Positions 53,090 to 63,195 of a stretch of 64,000 nucleotides of DNA are shown here, piece by piece. The notes beneath the pieces are model-generated. The model was not told where the DNA came from and made no database searches. It saw only the letters and a list, made by a program, of their open reading frames with translations. Each line of letters starts with the position of its first letter. Within the stretch, counting starts at the first letter, position 1. The translations under genes and the position numbers were made by a program. Source of the stretch: a virus. The stretch lies in IMG/VR virus record IMGVR_UViG_3300030099_006908, positions 1 to 64,000 of that record. One strand, written 5' to 3'.

Positions 53090-54226
53090 ATGCCTAATAT
53101 ACTAATACTTGGAGCGGGAGGCATCGGCCTCCCAATCGCATCAGCGTTAAAGCACGAAGAATATAATCTTGTTCTGTCTGATTATTCTGAGGATGCCATT
53201 GGTAAAGCTAAGGACTATTTCGGTAGAACTAAGTTTGACAGTGAATGCTCCCTTGACTTTCATGTTGGCGATGCCAAGGATTATGTTCTAGAGAATAAGC
53301 ATGACTTTGACATAGTGGTATCAGCTTTGCCATACTACATGAACAAAGAAATAGCGTTCGCGTGTGTTTCCTCTTGTATAGCTTACGTTGACCTTGGCGG
53401 GCATGTAGACACAACCAATTATATTCGCAAGATTACTGAGGAAATTGGATGCGCTCCAGTGGCTAGTGACCAAGGACTAGCTCCAGGCTTAGTTAATATC
53501 TGTGCGGAAGAGGCTTTTGAAGCCGTTAAGGAAAACAAATACCGTAGTGCAAAAATAAAGATGGCCGTAGGCGGGCTTCCAGAAAAGGTGGGATTAAATC
53601 CTCTAGACTACATTGTTACTTGGTCTATTGATGGTTTGATTAACGAGTACAGGGGAGAGGCAGAGATTCTGTTGGGGGCAGAAAAGAAGAACGTACCCAC
53701 ACTCACTGGCCTAGAAACGATGACTGTTGACGGAGATGAGCTTGAGGCGTTTTACACAGCCGGTGGAAGCTCTCACACAATACAATCTATGCTTAACCAA
53801 ACCTCCCGTCCAATACCTGACGTTACATACAAGACGTTGCGATACCCAGGACACTTGGAGATGATAAAGTGGCTCATGGAAGAAATTGAGATGGACACAC
53901 AAGAGTTGGCACATCTATTTAAGTATGGTTGCGCGGCTTTGAATGAAAAGGATATTGTGAAGTTCTATGTCGAGGCTACTAATGGGAGCTTGTCTTACAA
54001 AAGAGAGCATACCTTCTATGCAAGCGAAGAGTTCTCTGCTATGCAGCGGTCTACCGCATACAGCGCAGCAGCGGCGATTCAGACAATGTATATAAATAGG
54101 CCGATACCAAACGACTCTTTTGCCCTCGATTATTCATACTTCTGTAGAGATTTGTTTCATGAGCGTTTTAGAGATGCTTTAAATAGAGACCGGCCAGAGA
54201 AAGAGAAAGAGTGGTTGGTCTCATGA
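53090..54226 (+). CDS. saccharopine dehydrogenase family oxidoreductase
   Basis: ILGAGGIG Rossmann fold, SALPY, YVDLGG, GLAPGL, VGGLP, WSIDGLINEY, KTLRYPGH. Confidence 0.9.
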   Translation: MPNILILGAGGIGLPIASALKHEEYNLVLSDYSEDAIGKAKDYFGRTKFDSECSLDFHVGDAKDYVLENKHDFDIVVSALPYYMNKEIAFACVSSCIAYVDLGGHVDTTNYIRKITEEIGCAPVASDQGLAPGLVNICAEEAFEAVKENKYRSAKIKMAVGGLPEKVGLNPLDYIVTWSIDGLINEYRGEAEILLGAEKKNVPTLTGLETMTVDGDELEAFYTAGGSSHTIQSMLNQTSRPIPDVTYKTLRYPGHLEMIKWLMEEIEMDTQELAHLFKYGCAALNEKDIVKFYVEATNGSLSYKREHTFYASEEFSAMQRSTAYSAAAAIQTMYINRPIPNDSFALDYSYFCRDLFHERFRDALNRDRPEKEKEWLVS

Positions 54227-56184
54227 CATTTTTCCCACTTCATGTTCACAGTCACGACAGCCTTCTTGATGGTCTTAGTAAGCCTAAAGATATTGCTAAG
54301 AGATGTACAGAGCTTGGTCTAAAAGGATGCGCTTTAACAGACCACGGCGTTCTCTCTGGTGCAGTCAGCTTCGTAGAAGCCATGAAGTCTGCCGGACTAA
54401 AACCTATACTTGGATGCGAGTTCTATATTTGTGAGGGCGACCCTACTGACAAGGAGAATAGGACTCGCTCCAACACACACCTCGTCGTGCTTGCCAAGAA
54501 CAATCAAGGCTGGCAAGACCTAATCGCTGCAACATCCCAGTCCAATCACCCAGACTATTTCTACTATGCTCCAAGACTAGACTTGGCTACACTCAAGAAG
54601 TTTTGCACAGGAAACTGGATTGCGTTTAGTGGACACATGGGTTCGCATCTAGCTAACGATATGTTCATAGACCACAAAGAAGCCTACTCTGCCCAAAGCT
54701 ACGACGAAGCAACCAAGATGGTTGATAAAGATTGGGTAAATAAGGTTTCTGGTAAAGCTAAGGAACTTGAGGATGTCTTTGGCAAAGGAAACTTCTTCCT
54801 AGAAATACAGCTAATAGACGTAGACAATCTTCCTGCTTCTGGCGTAGTCGCAAAAGGGCTTAGATACCTAAGTAAGAAAATCGACATTCCATGTGTCGCA
54901 ACACCAGACGCTCACTATGCTTGTCCAGAGGATGCAGATGACCAGAGAGTTCTTCTGTCTAATCACCCAAGCATAGATACTCCTCTCAAGGACATCTACA
55001 AGAAGATGGTTTCAGGAGACGATATAAGCCTGGGAGCTTTCTTTAAGTCCAGAAATTATTACATTCCTGGACATGACGAAATGATGAAACTCCACACAGA
55101 GGAAGAGGTTGCAAATACAGAGAAGATTGCCGATATGTGCGAAGAATATACAATTACTGGAAAACCGATGCCGCCTAGATTTCCCCTGCCAGAAAAAGTA
55201 ACAGCAATTGACAGGCTCAGAGAAAGATGCCGTGAGGGTTGGCAAAAAAGATGGCCCGCAATTAAAAGCGTTATAGACAGCACTGAACACACGAAAGAAG
55301 AGTATGCCGAACGATTTGAGATGGAAATATCCATTCTTGAGAACGCAAATCTAGCGGACTACTTCTTAATTGTTGACGACATCATCAACTGGGCTAGAAA
55401 AGACGGTCAGCTTACAGGAGCCGGTAGAGGCTCTGCTGACGGCTCTCTAATTCTATATCTTTTAGAAGTAGGTCATATAGACCCAATCAAACACGATTTA
55501 ATGTTCGAGAGATTTTACAACGCCGGACGAAATACAGCAGACAGAGTGTCCCTTCCTGATGTGGATATGGACTTCGAGAAGCTTGGTCGTGAGCGTATAA
55601 TTGGCTATATAAACGACAGGTTTGGTGAAGATAGAGTTTCTCAAATGATTACGTTTAGCAAGATGCAAGGACGGGCTGTACTGCAAGATGTAATGAGAGC
55701 GCACAGCGCATGTAGTCCAGAAGAGAGAAACAGAATCACAAAGAACATACCCGATGAAGCAGACATTTCTGACCAGCTTGAAGATATGCGTCAAGCAGAC
55801 AAAGATTCTGGCGGCGACGGTAGCGCTAGCATAATTCAGTGGGCTTTGGAGAACAGAGAAGAGGACTTGAAACAGTGGTGCTACCTTGGCGAAAACGGAA
55901 ACCTTCAGGGTCCAATGTCAAAGATATTTGAACAAGCTATACGCATGGAGGGAACAAAGCGTTCTCGCAGTAAACACGCAGCGGGAATTGTGATTGCCAA
56001 CGAACCTCTTGCTAAGATTTGTCCCATGGTCTACGACAAAAGCTCTGGCGAAAGCATTGCTGGAATGGAAATGAATGACCTGGAGTCTATGGGACATATC
56101 AAGTTTGACATTCTTGGAATTGCAATTCTAGATAAGATTCACGGAGTTCAAGACCTATTGTCTACCGGAGAGTTTCGTGATTGA
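54223..56184 (+). CDS. dnaE: DNA polymerase III alpha, N-terminal half (PHP plus palm)
   Basis: HVHSHDSLLDG, TDHG, GRGSA, PDVDMDF, HAAG, KFDILG. Confidence 0.93.
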   Translation: MTFFPLHVHSHDSLLDGLSKPKDIAKRCTELGLKGCALTDHGVLSGAVSFVEAMKSAGLKPILGCEFYICEGDPTDKENRTRSNTHLVVLAKNNQGWQDLIAATSQSNHPDYFYYAPRLDLATLKKFCTGNWIAFSGHMGSHLANDMFIDHKEAYSAQSYDEATKMVDKDWVNKVSGKAKELEDVFGKGNFFLEIQLIDVDNLPASGVVAKGLRYLSKKIDIPCVATPDAHYACPEDADDQRVLLSNHPSIDTPLKDIYKKMVSGDDISLGAFFKSRNYYIPGHDEMMKLHTEEEVANTEKIADMCEEYTITGKPMPPRFPLPEKVTAIDRLRERCREGWQKRWPAIKSVIDSTEHTKEEYAERFEMEISILENANLADYFLIVDDIINWARKDGQLTGAGRGSADGSLILYLLEVGHIDPIKHDLMFERFYNAGRNTADRVSLPDVDMDFEKLGRERIIGYINDRFGEDRVSQMITFSKMQGRAVLQDVMRAHSACSPEERNRITKNIPDEADISDQLEDMRQADKDSGGDGSASIIQWALENREEDLKQWCYLGENGNLQGPMSKIFEQAIRMEGTKRSRSKHAAGIVIANEPLAKICPMVYDKSSGESIAGMEMNDLESMGHIKFDILGIAILDKIHGVQDLLSTGEFRD

Positions 56185-56767
56185 GTTAGAGAAACTAAAA
56201 ACTGAATACTCATCATGTGAAATATGCTCTCTGTGCCCTAAGAAGAGCGGCATAAATGGTGTGGTAAAGTCTAGCGGCCCCGTTTCTTCTTTAGCGATAA
56301 TTGGAGAAGCTCCGGGAGCAGACGAAGACTCTGCCGGAGAACCTTTTGTCGGAAGGGCGGGCAAGATGCTTGACAAGCTGCTTGAGGGAGCTAAAATAAA
56401 AAGGCATCAGGTTTTTATTACAAACGCTGTGAAGTGCAGGCCCACACAAAACAACGGAAAGAAAAATAGAACTCCCACTGCTGATGAATGCGAGTCTTGT
56501 AGCCCATGGCTATACAAAGAAATAGATTTAGTTAAACCAAAGGTTATTGTAACTCTTGGTAAAACATCGGCTGAAGCTGTTTTGCCTTTACCTAAAAATT
56601 TTACACTTGGTAATTATATAAATAAGTCTCATGAATCTAGCATTGGAAACGGTGCGTACACAGTTGTTCCGTGTTGGCACCCGTCTTACCTTATGCAGCA
56701 TGGCAGAAAGAAGTTTGATGAGGCTGTAGACTGTTTTAAGTTGGCAAAGAAATTGGTATTGAAATGA
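56177..56767 (+). CDS. udg: family 4 uracil-DNA glycosylase
   Basis: C..C.L, GEAPG, PFVG.AG, NAVKCRP, HPSYL. Confidence 0.92.
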   Translation: MIELEKLKTEYSSCEICSLCPKKSGINGVVKSSGPVSSLAIIGEAPGADEDSAGEPFVGRAGKMLDKLLEGAKIKRHQVFITNAVKCRPTQNNGKKNRTPTADECESCSPWLYKEIDLVKPKVIVTLGKTSAEAVLPLPKNFTLGNYINKSHESSIGNGAYTVVPCWHPSYLMQHGRKKFDEAVDCFKLAKKLVLK

Positions 56768-57492
56768 ATTATAACTCTATATGCTGTTACGATTATGAGA
56801 CTGGTTCTCCCGACTCATCTACGTGTTCTATCATACAAATAGCCGCAGAGATGATACACGGAAGGAATTTAAATGTAGTTGACAAATTTTCTGCCTATGT
56901 CCGCCCGGACTTTGACGACAAAGAATCCACGACAGACGAAACAATAGATTGGCATTGCAGGAACAAAGGCATGTCAAAAAAGAAGTTTGTAGATATGCTA
57001 AACGAGTGCCCTCCAATAAATGTTGTATGGAAAAACTTTTCCTCTTGGATTGACAAATACAACTGGGGTAAGACTAATAAGAGTGGCTATCATGCTCCGG
57101 TGTCTGCTGGATACAATATACTTGGATTTGACAATCCTATTACTGATAGGCACTGCAAAATATTTGGACCGACTGAAAAAGACAGGCGCAGCGGCGAAGA
57201 GAGGCCAAGGATGTTTAATCAAATATACAGCTTTGATTTAATGCAGCATGTCTGGTATTGGTTTGAGAATAACAGCGAGCTTAAAAACCAAAAGCTAACA
57301 ACCGTCTTAGAGTACATGGGTGTGCCGGAGGAGGTGACTGCAAACGCTCATGACGCAGAGTTTGATGTTGAGTGGACATCTAAGGTCATCATAAAGCTGT
57401 TGAAAACATCTAGATGGATGACTGGATGGAATGAACAAAAGCAGAAAAGAAGACTTGAATTTGCTAACGCATTTGCACAGGAGTTTAAATGA
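56764..57492 (+). CDS. DEDDh 3'-5' exonuclease (DnaQ-like)
   Basis: DYETG, GYN...FD, AHDA..D. Confidence 0.88.
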   Translation: MNYNSICCYDYETGSPDSSTCSIIQIAAEMIHGRNLNVVDKFSAYVRPDFDDKESTTDETIDWHCRNKGMSKKKFVDMLNECPPINVVWKNFSSWIDKYNWGKTNKSGYHAPVSAGYNILGFDNPITDRHCKIFGPTEKDRRSGEERPRMFNQIYSFDLMQHVWYWFENNSELKNQKLTTVLEYMGVPEEVTANAHDAEFDVEWTSKVIIKLLKTSRWMTGWNEQKQKRRLEFANAFAQEFK

Positions 57493-59189
57493 GTAAGGTT
57501 AGATGGCCGTGTGGATGTGAGCTTCCAGTAAAGAGTTGTTCTGACACACCAATGGTGATTAACGTAGAGTTCGGAGATACGCTTCCTAAAGGTATAGAGC
57601 TAGATGTCTACAGCATGAATCTTAATTGTGAAGCAACTTGGGACATGATATGCAGCGGCAGGACGAAAGGCGTTTTTCAGCTAGAGAGCGCACTTGGTCG
57701 TCAATGGGCCAAGAAACTAGAACCAAGAAGCATTGAAGAGCTTGGAGCGCTAGGCGCTTTACTTCGTCCAGGGTGCCTTAGAGCCATGTCTGGAAATCCA
57801 CCAAAGAGCATGACGCAAAGATATTGCGATAGAAAGCATGGTGTTGAACAAGTCGTTTATCCTCACGAATCATTGGAACCGATTCTTAAAAAGACGCAAG
57901 GCGTACTAACTTTTCAAGAGCAAGCCATGAAGATAGCTGTAGTTCTTGCTGGTTTCAATGAGCAGCAAGCGGACATCCTCCGCAAGGCTATCGGTAAAAA
58001 GAAAGCCGATGTTATGCATGAGGTTAAGAAGTCCTTTCTTGAGGGCGCTAAAAAAACAGGTATAGTATCAGAAGAACTGGCTGAGGAAATTTTTGGCTGG
58101 ATTCAGGAGTCCCAGAGATACTCTTTTAACAAAAGCCACGCAGACGCATATGCGCTCAATGGATATTGGAGCGCGTTTTGCAAAACACATATGCCGCTTG
58201 AGTTTTATTGCTCTTGGCTTAGGGGTGCAGCGTGGAAAGGCGCAAAGCAATACGAGGAAATTTACGACCTAGTAAATGACGCAAAGGTAAACAACATAGA
58301 CGTTCTTCCCCCAACGCTTGCAGACAAAAGAAACACTTTCTACATCAAAGACAAGAAGGTTTATTTCGGTCTTTCTAGCATCAGAGGCATAGGCTCTGCT
58401 GTAATCGAGAAGATAGTAGAAAAGCTAACTGATGTAGAAAAAAAGCTGGGCAGAGGTATTGGCGCATGGATGTGGCTTGAATATTTAAAGTATGGAACAG
58501 AATGTGTATCATCCAACGTAACCGAGGGGATGATAAAGGCTGGGGCTTTAGACTTCTTTGAGCGTTCAAGAAACGAGATGCTTTATGAGTATTCTATATG
58601 GTCGCAACTTAGCCCAACAGAAAAAAAGTGGATTGTAAATGAATACAGCGGATACAAACTGATTGAAGCATTAAAGCGGTGTCAGCCAAAAAGAGTGATG
58701 AAAAATAAAGTCCAGGTTGCTGGTGGAGGATGTGTAAATGATAAGCGCTCTAATTTTGTAGGAGATTTAATCACATCCTTAAAAAATCCACCTCACAAGT
58801 TGCAAGATAGCATGGATTGGATTGCTTGGAATGAACAAAAAACACTGGGCGCTCCAATAACCTGTAGCAGAGTGGATGCGCTGGAAAGGGGAATAGAGGC
58901 TAATTGTACCTGCAAGGAATTCATTACGACAAAAAGAAAAGACTATATGAAGTTTGCTGTAGAAGTCACCAAGGTGAAAGTAGTAAAAACAAAAAATGGA
59001 AAAAACCCTGGTAAAGAAATGGCTTTTCTTACCCTAGAAGATAACAGTTGCTCTTTAGATGACGTAGTTTGTTTTCCAGATATTTTTCAAGAGTGTCGAG
59101 ACGCCATATATGAAGGAAACACAATATTGGTTCAGGGAGATAGAGGACGAAATGACTCTCTTGTTGTCGGTCAAATATGGCAAATTTAA
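57489..59189 (+). CDS. dnaE: DNA polymerase III alpha, C-terminal half (fingers, HhH, OB)
   Basis: GVFQLES, RPG, FQEQAM, AD.LRKAIGKK, YSFNKSHA, GL..IRGIG, MAFLTLED. Confidence 0.93.
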   Translation: MSKVRWPCGCELPVKSCSDTPMVINVEFGDTLPKGIELDVYSMNLNCEATWDMICSGRTKGVFQLESALGRQWAKKLEPRSIEELGALGALLRPGCLRAMSGNPPKSMTQRYCDRKHGVEQVVYPHESLEPILKKTQGVLTFQEQAMKIAVVLAGFNEQQADILRKAIGKKKADVMHEVKKSFLEGAKKTGIVSEELAEEIFGWIQESQRYSFNKSHADAYALNGYWSAFCKTHMPLEFYCSWLRGAAWKGAKQYEEIYDLVNDAKVNNIDVLPPTLADKRNTFYIKDKKVYFGLSSIRGIGSAVIEKIVEKLTDVEKKLGRGIGAWMWLEYLKYGTECVSSNVTEGMIKAGALDFFERSRNEMLYEYSIWSQLSPTEKKWIVNEYSGYKLIEALKRCQPKRVMKNKVQVAGGGCVNDKRSNFVGDLITSLKNPPHKLQDSMDWIAWNEQKTLGAPITCSRVDALERGIEANCTCKEFITTKRKDYMKFAVEVTKVKVVKTKNGKNPGKEMAFLTLEDNSCSLDDVVCFPDIFQECRDAIYEGNTILVQGDRGRNDSLVVGQIWQI

Positions 59190-59258
59190 CTTGACATTGC
59201 TTGTTTTGCGCTGTTATCATAATATATAAGTCAAGTTATACAAATTGGGCATTTTTGA

Positions 59259-60995
59259 ATGAGTGAAAAGTTTAGAAAATTAAGGATTCTGTGGTGCGGA
59301 GAAGCTAGCTTCCTGCATACCGGCTATGCAGTTTACGCAAAAGAGGTTCTTACCAGACTGTATAATACAGGCAAATACAAGATAGCAGAGATGGCTTGCT
59401 ATGCTAGCCATGACAACCCCAATATTAATCAAGCCCCTTGGCGTGTATATCCTACAATGCCAACAAGCCAATCTGAAGCCGATGCTTATGCTTCAAATCA
59501 AACCTATCAATTTGGAGAGTGGAGGTTTGATGACATTTGCTTAGACTTTAGACCAGATGTTGTGATAGATATAAGAGACTGGTGGATGATTGAGTACCAG
59601 CAAAGAGCCGCGTTTAGAAAATTTTACAAGTGGGCAATAATGCCAACCGTAGACTCTCATCCACAGCAAGAACAATATCTAGCGACTTATATGGATGCAG
59701 ATGCCGTGTTTACATACTCTGAATATGGCAGAGACGTTCTAGAAAACGAAACGAACGGCCACATAAAAGTTGAGGGAGTTCCTTCTCCTGGAGCAAATTT
59801 TGATGCGCTGAAGCCACACCCAAATAAAAAACAACATAGAGAGCTTTTTGGGTTTGTCGATGATGTCAACATAATAGGAACGGTTATGAGAAATCAGCGT
59901 AGAAAACTTTATCCTAATTTAATAAGTTCCTTTAGGAATATGCTGGACAATAATCCAGACTTGCAATCAAACACATATTTATATCTTCATACTTCATATC
60001 CAGACCTGGGATGGGACCTGCCCTACTTTATAAAAAAGTACAACATGGGCAGTCATACGATATTGACCTACAAATGTTTAAGCTGTGGAAGTTTCTTCCC
60101 GTCGTTTTTTCAGGGCGCCAAGACTTCTTGTCAAAAATGCGGAAAGATAAACGCTGTTTTACCAAACACAAGTCAAGGCCTAACAACTGAAGAGCTTGGG
60201 GCCGTTATGAATTGGTTTGATATTTATGTGCAATACTCTGTTTGCGAAGGATTTGGCATGCCACAAGTCGAAGCCGCCGCATGTGGTGTTCCATTAATTA
60301 CAGTAAAATACTCTGCCATGGAAAGCGTTGGGGAAAAACTTAAAGCGGAATTCATAGAGCCAAAAAGCTTTTTCTGGGATTCTCCAACTCACTCAGAGAG
60401 AGCGATTCCTGATGATGAACAGCTATCAAAAAAAATCGCGGAGTTTGTTAGGTTGCCCAGAAGCATGAAAAGCAAGAAGGGCATGGATTGCTACATAGGA
60501 GCAAAAAGAAATTATACATGGGATAGGGCAGCAGCAATATGGGAAGACTATTTAGACAAAATTGAGCCAGAATCACACGAAGAAACATGGGAGTCTAAGC
60601 CAGAAATACACAGATATACAAATCAAATTCCAGATAACATACAAAACAATAATGACTTTATTTCATGGGCAATTCAAAACGTTTGGGGTCAATCGGACAA
60701 AACAAATAGCTATGTGGCAATGAGACTTCTTAGAGATTTAAACGACGGTAAGGCTCCTCAAGGCTTAGGAAGCATTCACTACGATGACAATAGCTTTGCA
60801 GACAATCAGATGTCGAGACAAGACTTTAGCGTAGAAGACGCTATGAACACTCTTGCTAATATGTGCGACTACAACAATTCTTGGGAAGAAAAAAGAGCGC
60901 AGTTATCTCAATCAAACGATTGGTCATCTATTCCCAGGCCATATTTTCTTTCTTTAGTAAAACCAGATATAAATACAACTAACCTAGCAGATTAA
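59259..60995 (+). CDS. GT4 glycosyltransferase with zinc-ribbon insertion
   Basis: RNQRRK, EGFGMPQVEAAACGVP; CLSC...CQKC. Confidence 0.88.
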   Translation: MSEKFRKLRILWCGEASFLHTGYAVYAKEVLTRLYNTGKYKIAEMACYASHDNPNINQAPWRVYPTMPTSQSEADAYASNQTYQFGEWRFDDICLDFRPDVVIDIRDWWMIEYQQRAAFRKFYKWAIMPTVDSHPQQEQYLATYMDADAVFTYSEYGRDVLENETNGHIKVEGVPSPGANFDALKPHPNKKQHRELFGFVDDVNIIGTVMRNQRRKLYPNLISSFRNMLDNNPDLQSNTYLYLHTSYPDLGWDLPYFIKKYNMGSHTILTYKCLSCGSFFPSFFQGAKTSCQKCGKINAVLPNTSQGLTTEELGAVMNWFDIYVQYSVCEGFGMPQVEAAACGVPLITVKYSAMESVGEKLKAEFIEPKSFFWDSPTHSERAIPDDEQLSKKIAEFVRLPRSMKSKKGMDCYIGAKRNYTWDRAAAIWEDYLDKIEPESHEETWESKPEIHRYTNQIPDNIQNNNDFISWAIQNVWGQSDKTNSYVAMRLLRDLNDGKAPQGLGSIHYDDNSFADNQMSRQDFSVEDAMNTLANMCDYNNSWEEKRAQLSQSNDWSSIPRPYFLSLVKPDINTTNLAD

Positions 60996-60999
60996 AAAA

Positions 61000-62184
61000 A
61001 TGAAAGTTCTTTACATAGGTTGCTACAGGGACGGAACTGGATGGGGTCACGCAGCCCAGGATTACATACTATCCCTGGACTCTGTTGGCGTAGACGTTGT
61101 TCCTAGATATATAAAGCTTAATAACAATGTTGTAGACATACCAGAAAAAATAAGTAAGCTTGAGCTAAAAAGCGACAAAGATTGCAATATTGTGATACAG
61201 CATGTTTTGCCACATATGATGGACTATAATGGAAATTTTGATAAAAATATAGCACTATATGTTACGGAAACAGACCACTGCAAAAATACAACGTGGCCAG
61301 AAAGAATAAGCTTAATGGATGAAGCTTGGGTTCCAAATAAATTTATGGCAGAAACCGCTTGTGTAAATAGTAAAATTTCTTGCCCGCATTATGTAATTCC
61401 ACACGCTGCAGACATGACAAAGTACCAAAAAGAGTATGAGCCATTAATTATACCGGAAATAGAGGGTAAATTTGTATTTTACTTTATAGGAGAAATTAAC
61501 AGAAGAAAAAATCTAGGCGCAATGCTAAAGGCTTTTCACTTAGAATTTAGACCCGAAGAGGACGTATCAATACTAATAAAAGCACATCTACCAGGACAAA
61601 CAGAAGAAGAGTCGCATAGCTCGCTGTCCTCTATGTGTTCAAAAGTAAAGGAAGGGCTCAAGCTTTATGAAAAAGATTTTTATCATAAAGAGATTTTACT
61701 TTGCCAGTATTTACGCGAAGAAGAGATAATGAGACTACACAAAACCTGCGATTGTTTTGTATCAACTGCATTTGGAGAGGCCTGGGGAATACCTATATTT
61801 GACGCAATGTCCATGGGGAAAACGCCTATATGCACAGAGACGGGCGGACCACAAGACTTTCTTGGAGACGGAGGCTATTTGGTGAAATCTAACAAAGAGT
61901 CTTGCTTTGGAGTTCTGGACTCTTTTTCTGAGCTTTATGTTGGAAATGAATCTTGGGACGCTCCAAATATAAGTGAAATTAGAAGATGTATGAGGTCAGC
62001 GTTTGAAAATAAAAAAGAAAGAGAAAATAAAGCTCGAGCGGGTATAGAGCAATCCTATAAATATTCGTACTCTAATATAGGGTTACTGATGAAAAGAACC
62101 ATTGAGGGAGAAAATAAAAACCTTGCCTTTAATGTAAACAACGAAATAATTAAGAAACACTGTATAGAAAATATCCTAAAATGA
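61000..62184 (+). CDS. GT4 glycosyltransferase
   Basis: RKNL, GEAWGIP.FDAMSMG. Confidence 0.88.
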   Translation: MKVLYIGCYRDGTGWGHAAQDYILSLDSVGVDVVPRYIKLNNNVVDIPEKISKLELKSDKDCNIVIQHVLPHMMDYNGNFDKNIALYVTETDHCKNTTWPERISLMDEAWVPNKFMAETACVNSKISCPHYVIPHAADMTKYQKEYEPLIIPEIEGKFVFYFIGEINRRKNLGAMLKAFHLEFRPEEDVSILIKAHLPGQTEEESHSSLSSMCSKVKEGLKLYEKDFYHKEILLCQYLREEEIMRLHKTCDCFVSTAFGEAWGIPIFDAMSMGKTPICTETGGPQDFLGDGGYLVKSNKESCFGVLDSFSELYVGNESWDAPNISEIRRCMRSAFENKKERENKARAGIEQSYKYSYSNIGLLMKRTIEGENKNLAFNVNNEIIKKHCIENILK

Positions 62185-63191
62185 GCAGAAGCGTAGTACA
62201 AAGTATACTAAATAATTCTACGAGAAAAAATCGTCCGTTGAACATATTAAGTTTTCCGACACATGAAAGGTATCAAGAAAACCTTTCTAAGACCGGCCAC
62301 AATTTCTTCTTGTGGCAGGGCGAAGGAATAAAACCTTGGGTAGAAAATTACGCCGATGTTCCAAAGGGAACGGTTTTGCTAAACCCAGAAAAAGCCTCTG
62401 AACAGATACCGCTCAACATAGACATAGATTTAGTTTTGAGTCAAAATAAGTTTGGTCAATTTAATATCGCTAAACAGATATCAGAGCAATTGATGGTGCC
62501 TTTAATAAGCCTAGAACACACGCTTCCAATGGAGACTTGGGGAAATTATGAGATTCACCATCTTCGACAGATGCAAGGAGATGTGAATGTATTTATATCT
62601 GATTACAGCTTGAAAAAATGGGGTTGGTCAGAAGAGGATGCTCTTGTTATTCATCATGGGGTTGACACAGACTTGTTTTCTCCGCAAGATAAAATAAAAA
62701 GAGAACCAAAAGTTTTATCTGTTGTAAACGATTGGATTAATAGAGACTGGTGTTGTGGATTCAATTTATGGTGTGAAACCACAGGATACCCAAACAGCGA
62801 ATTACCCATTGATGTGGTAGGAGACACTCCTGGTTTATCTGAGGCGTCAAAATCAACACAAGACCTTATAAACAAATATAGCTCATCTAGAGTGTTTTTA
62901 AACACTTCTCTAATTTCTCCTGTACCGACATCTTTGTTAGAGGCGATGTCATGCGGATGCGCAGTAGTGAGCACGAATAATTGCATGATTCCAGAGATAA
63001 TAGAGAATGGTAAAAATGGATACATGTCAAATAATCCAAACGAGCTTAGAAGCTATGTGCAAAAACTTCTAGACAACGAAGAGCTTGCTGAACAAATTGG
63101 TAAAAATGCACGGGAAACTGTAATTTCAAATTTTGGATTAAAAAGTTTTGTATCAAGGTGGGAAAATTTATTTTTAGCCTGCACGGAGTAA
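62181..63191 (+). CDS. GT4 glycosyltransferase
   Basis: HGVD, LLEAMSCG..VVST, E.I.NG.NG. Confidence 0.88.
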   Translation: MSRSVVQSILNNSTRKNRPLNILSFPTHERYQENLSKTGHNFFLWQGEGIKPWVENYADVPKGTVLLNPEKASEQIPLNIDIDLVLSQNKFGQFNIAKQISEQLMVPLISLEHTLPMETWGNYEIHHLRQMQGDVNVFISDYSLKKWGWSEEDALVIHHGVDTDLFSPQDKIKREPKVLSVVNDWINRDWCCGFNLWCETTGYPNSELPIDVVGDTPGLSEASKSTQDLINKYSSSRVFLNTSLISPVPTSLLEAMSCGCAVVSTNNCMIPEIIENGKNGYMSNNPNELRSYVQKLLDNEELAEQIGKNARETVISNFGLKSFVSRWENLFLACTE

Positions 63192-63195
63192 TTAT

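Noticed and set aside
56177-56767. UdgX-type covalent uracil-binding protein
   Set aside because: It has GEAPG and lacks the UdgX GEQPG and KRRIH signatures, so it is an ordinary family 4 UDG.
54223-59189. Split intein, intron or pseudogene in dnaE
   Set aside because: There are no intein motifs, both halves keep catalytic motifs and coupled starts, and the intervening genes are not homing endonucleases.
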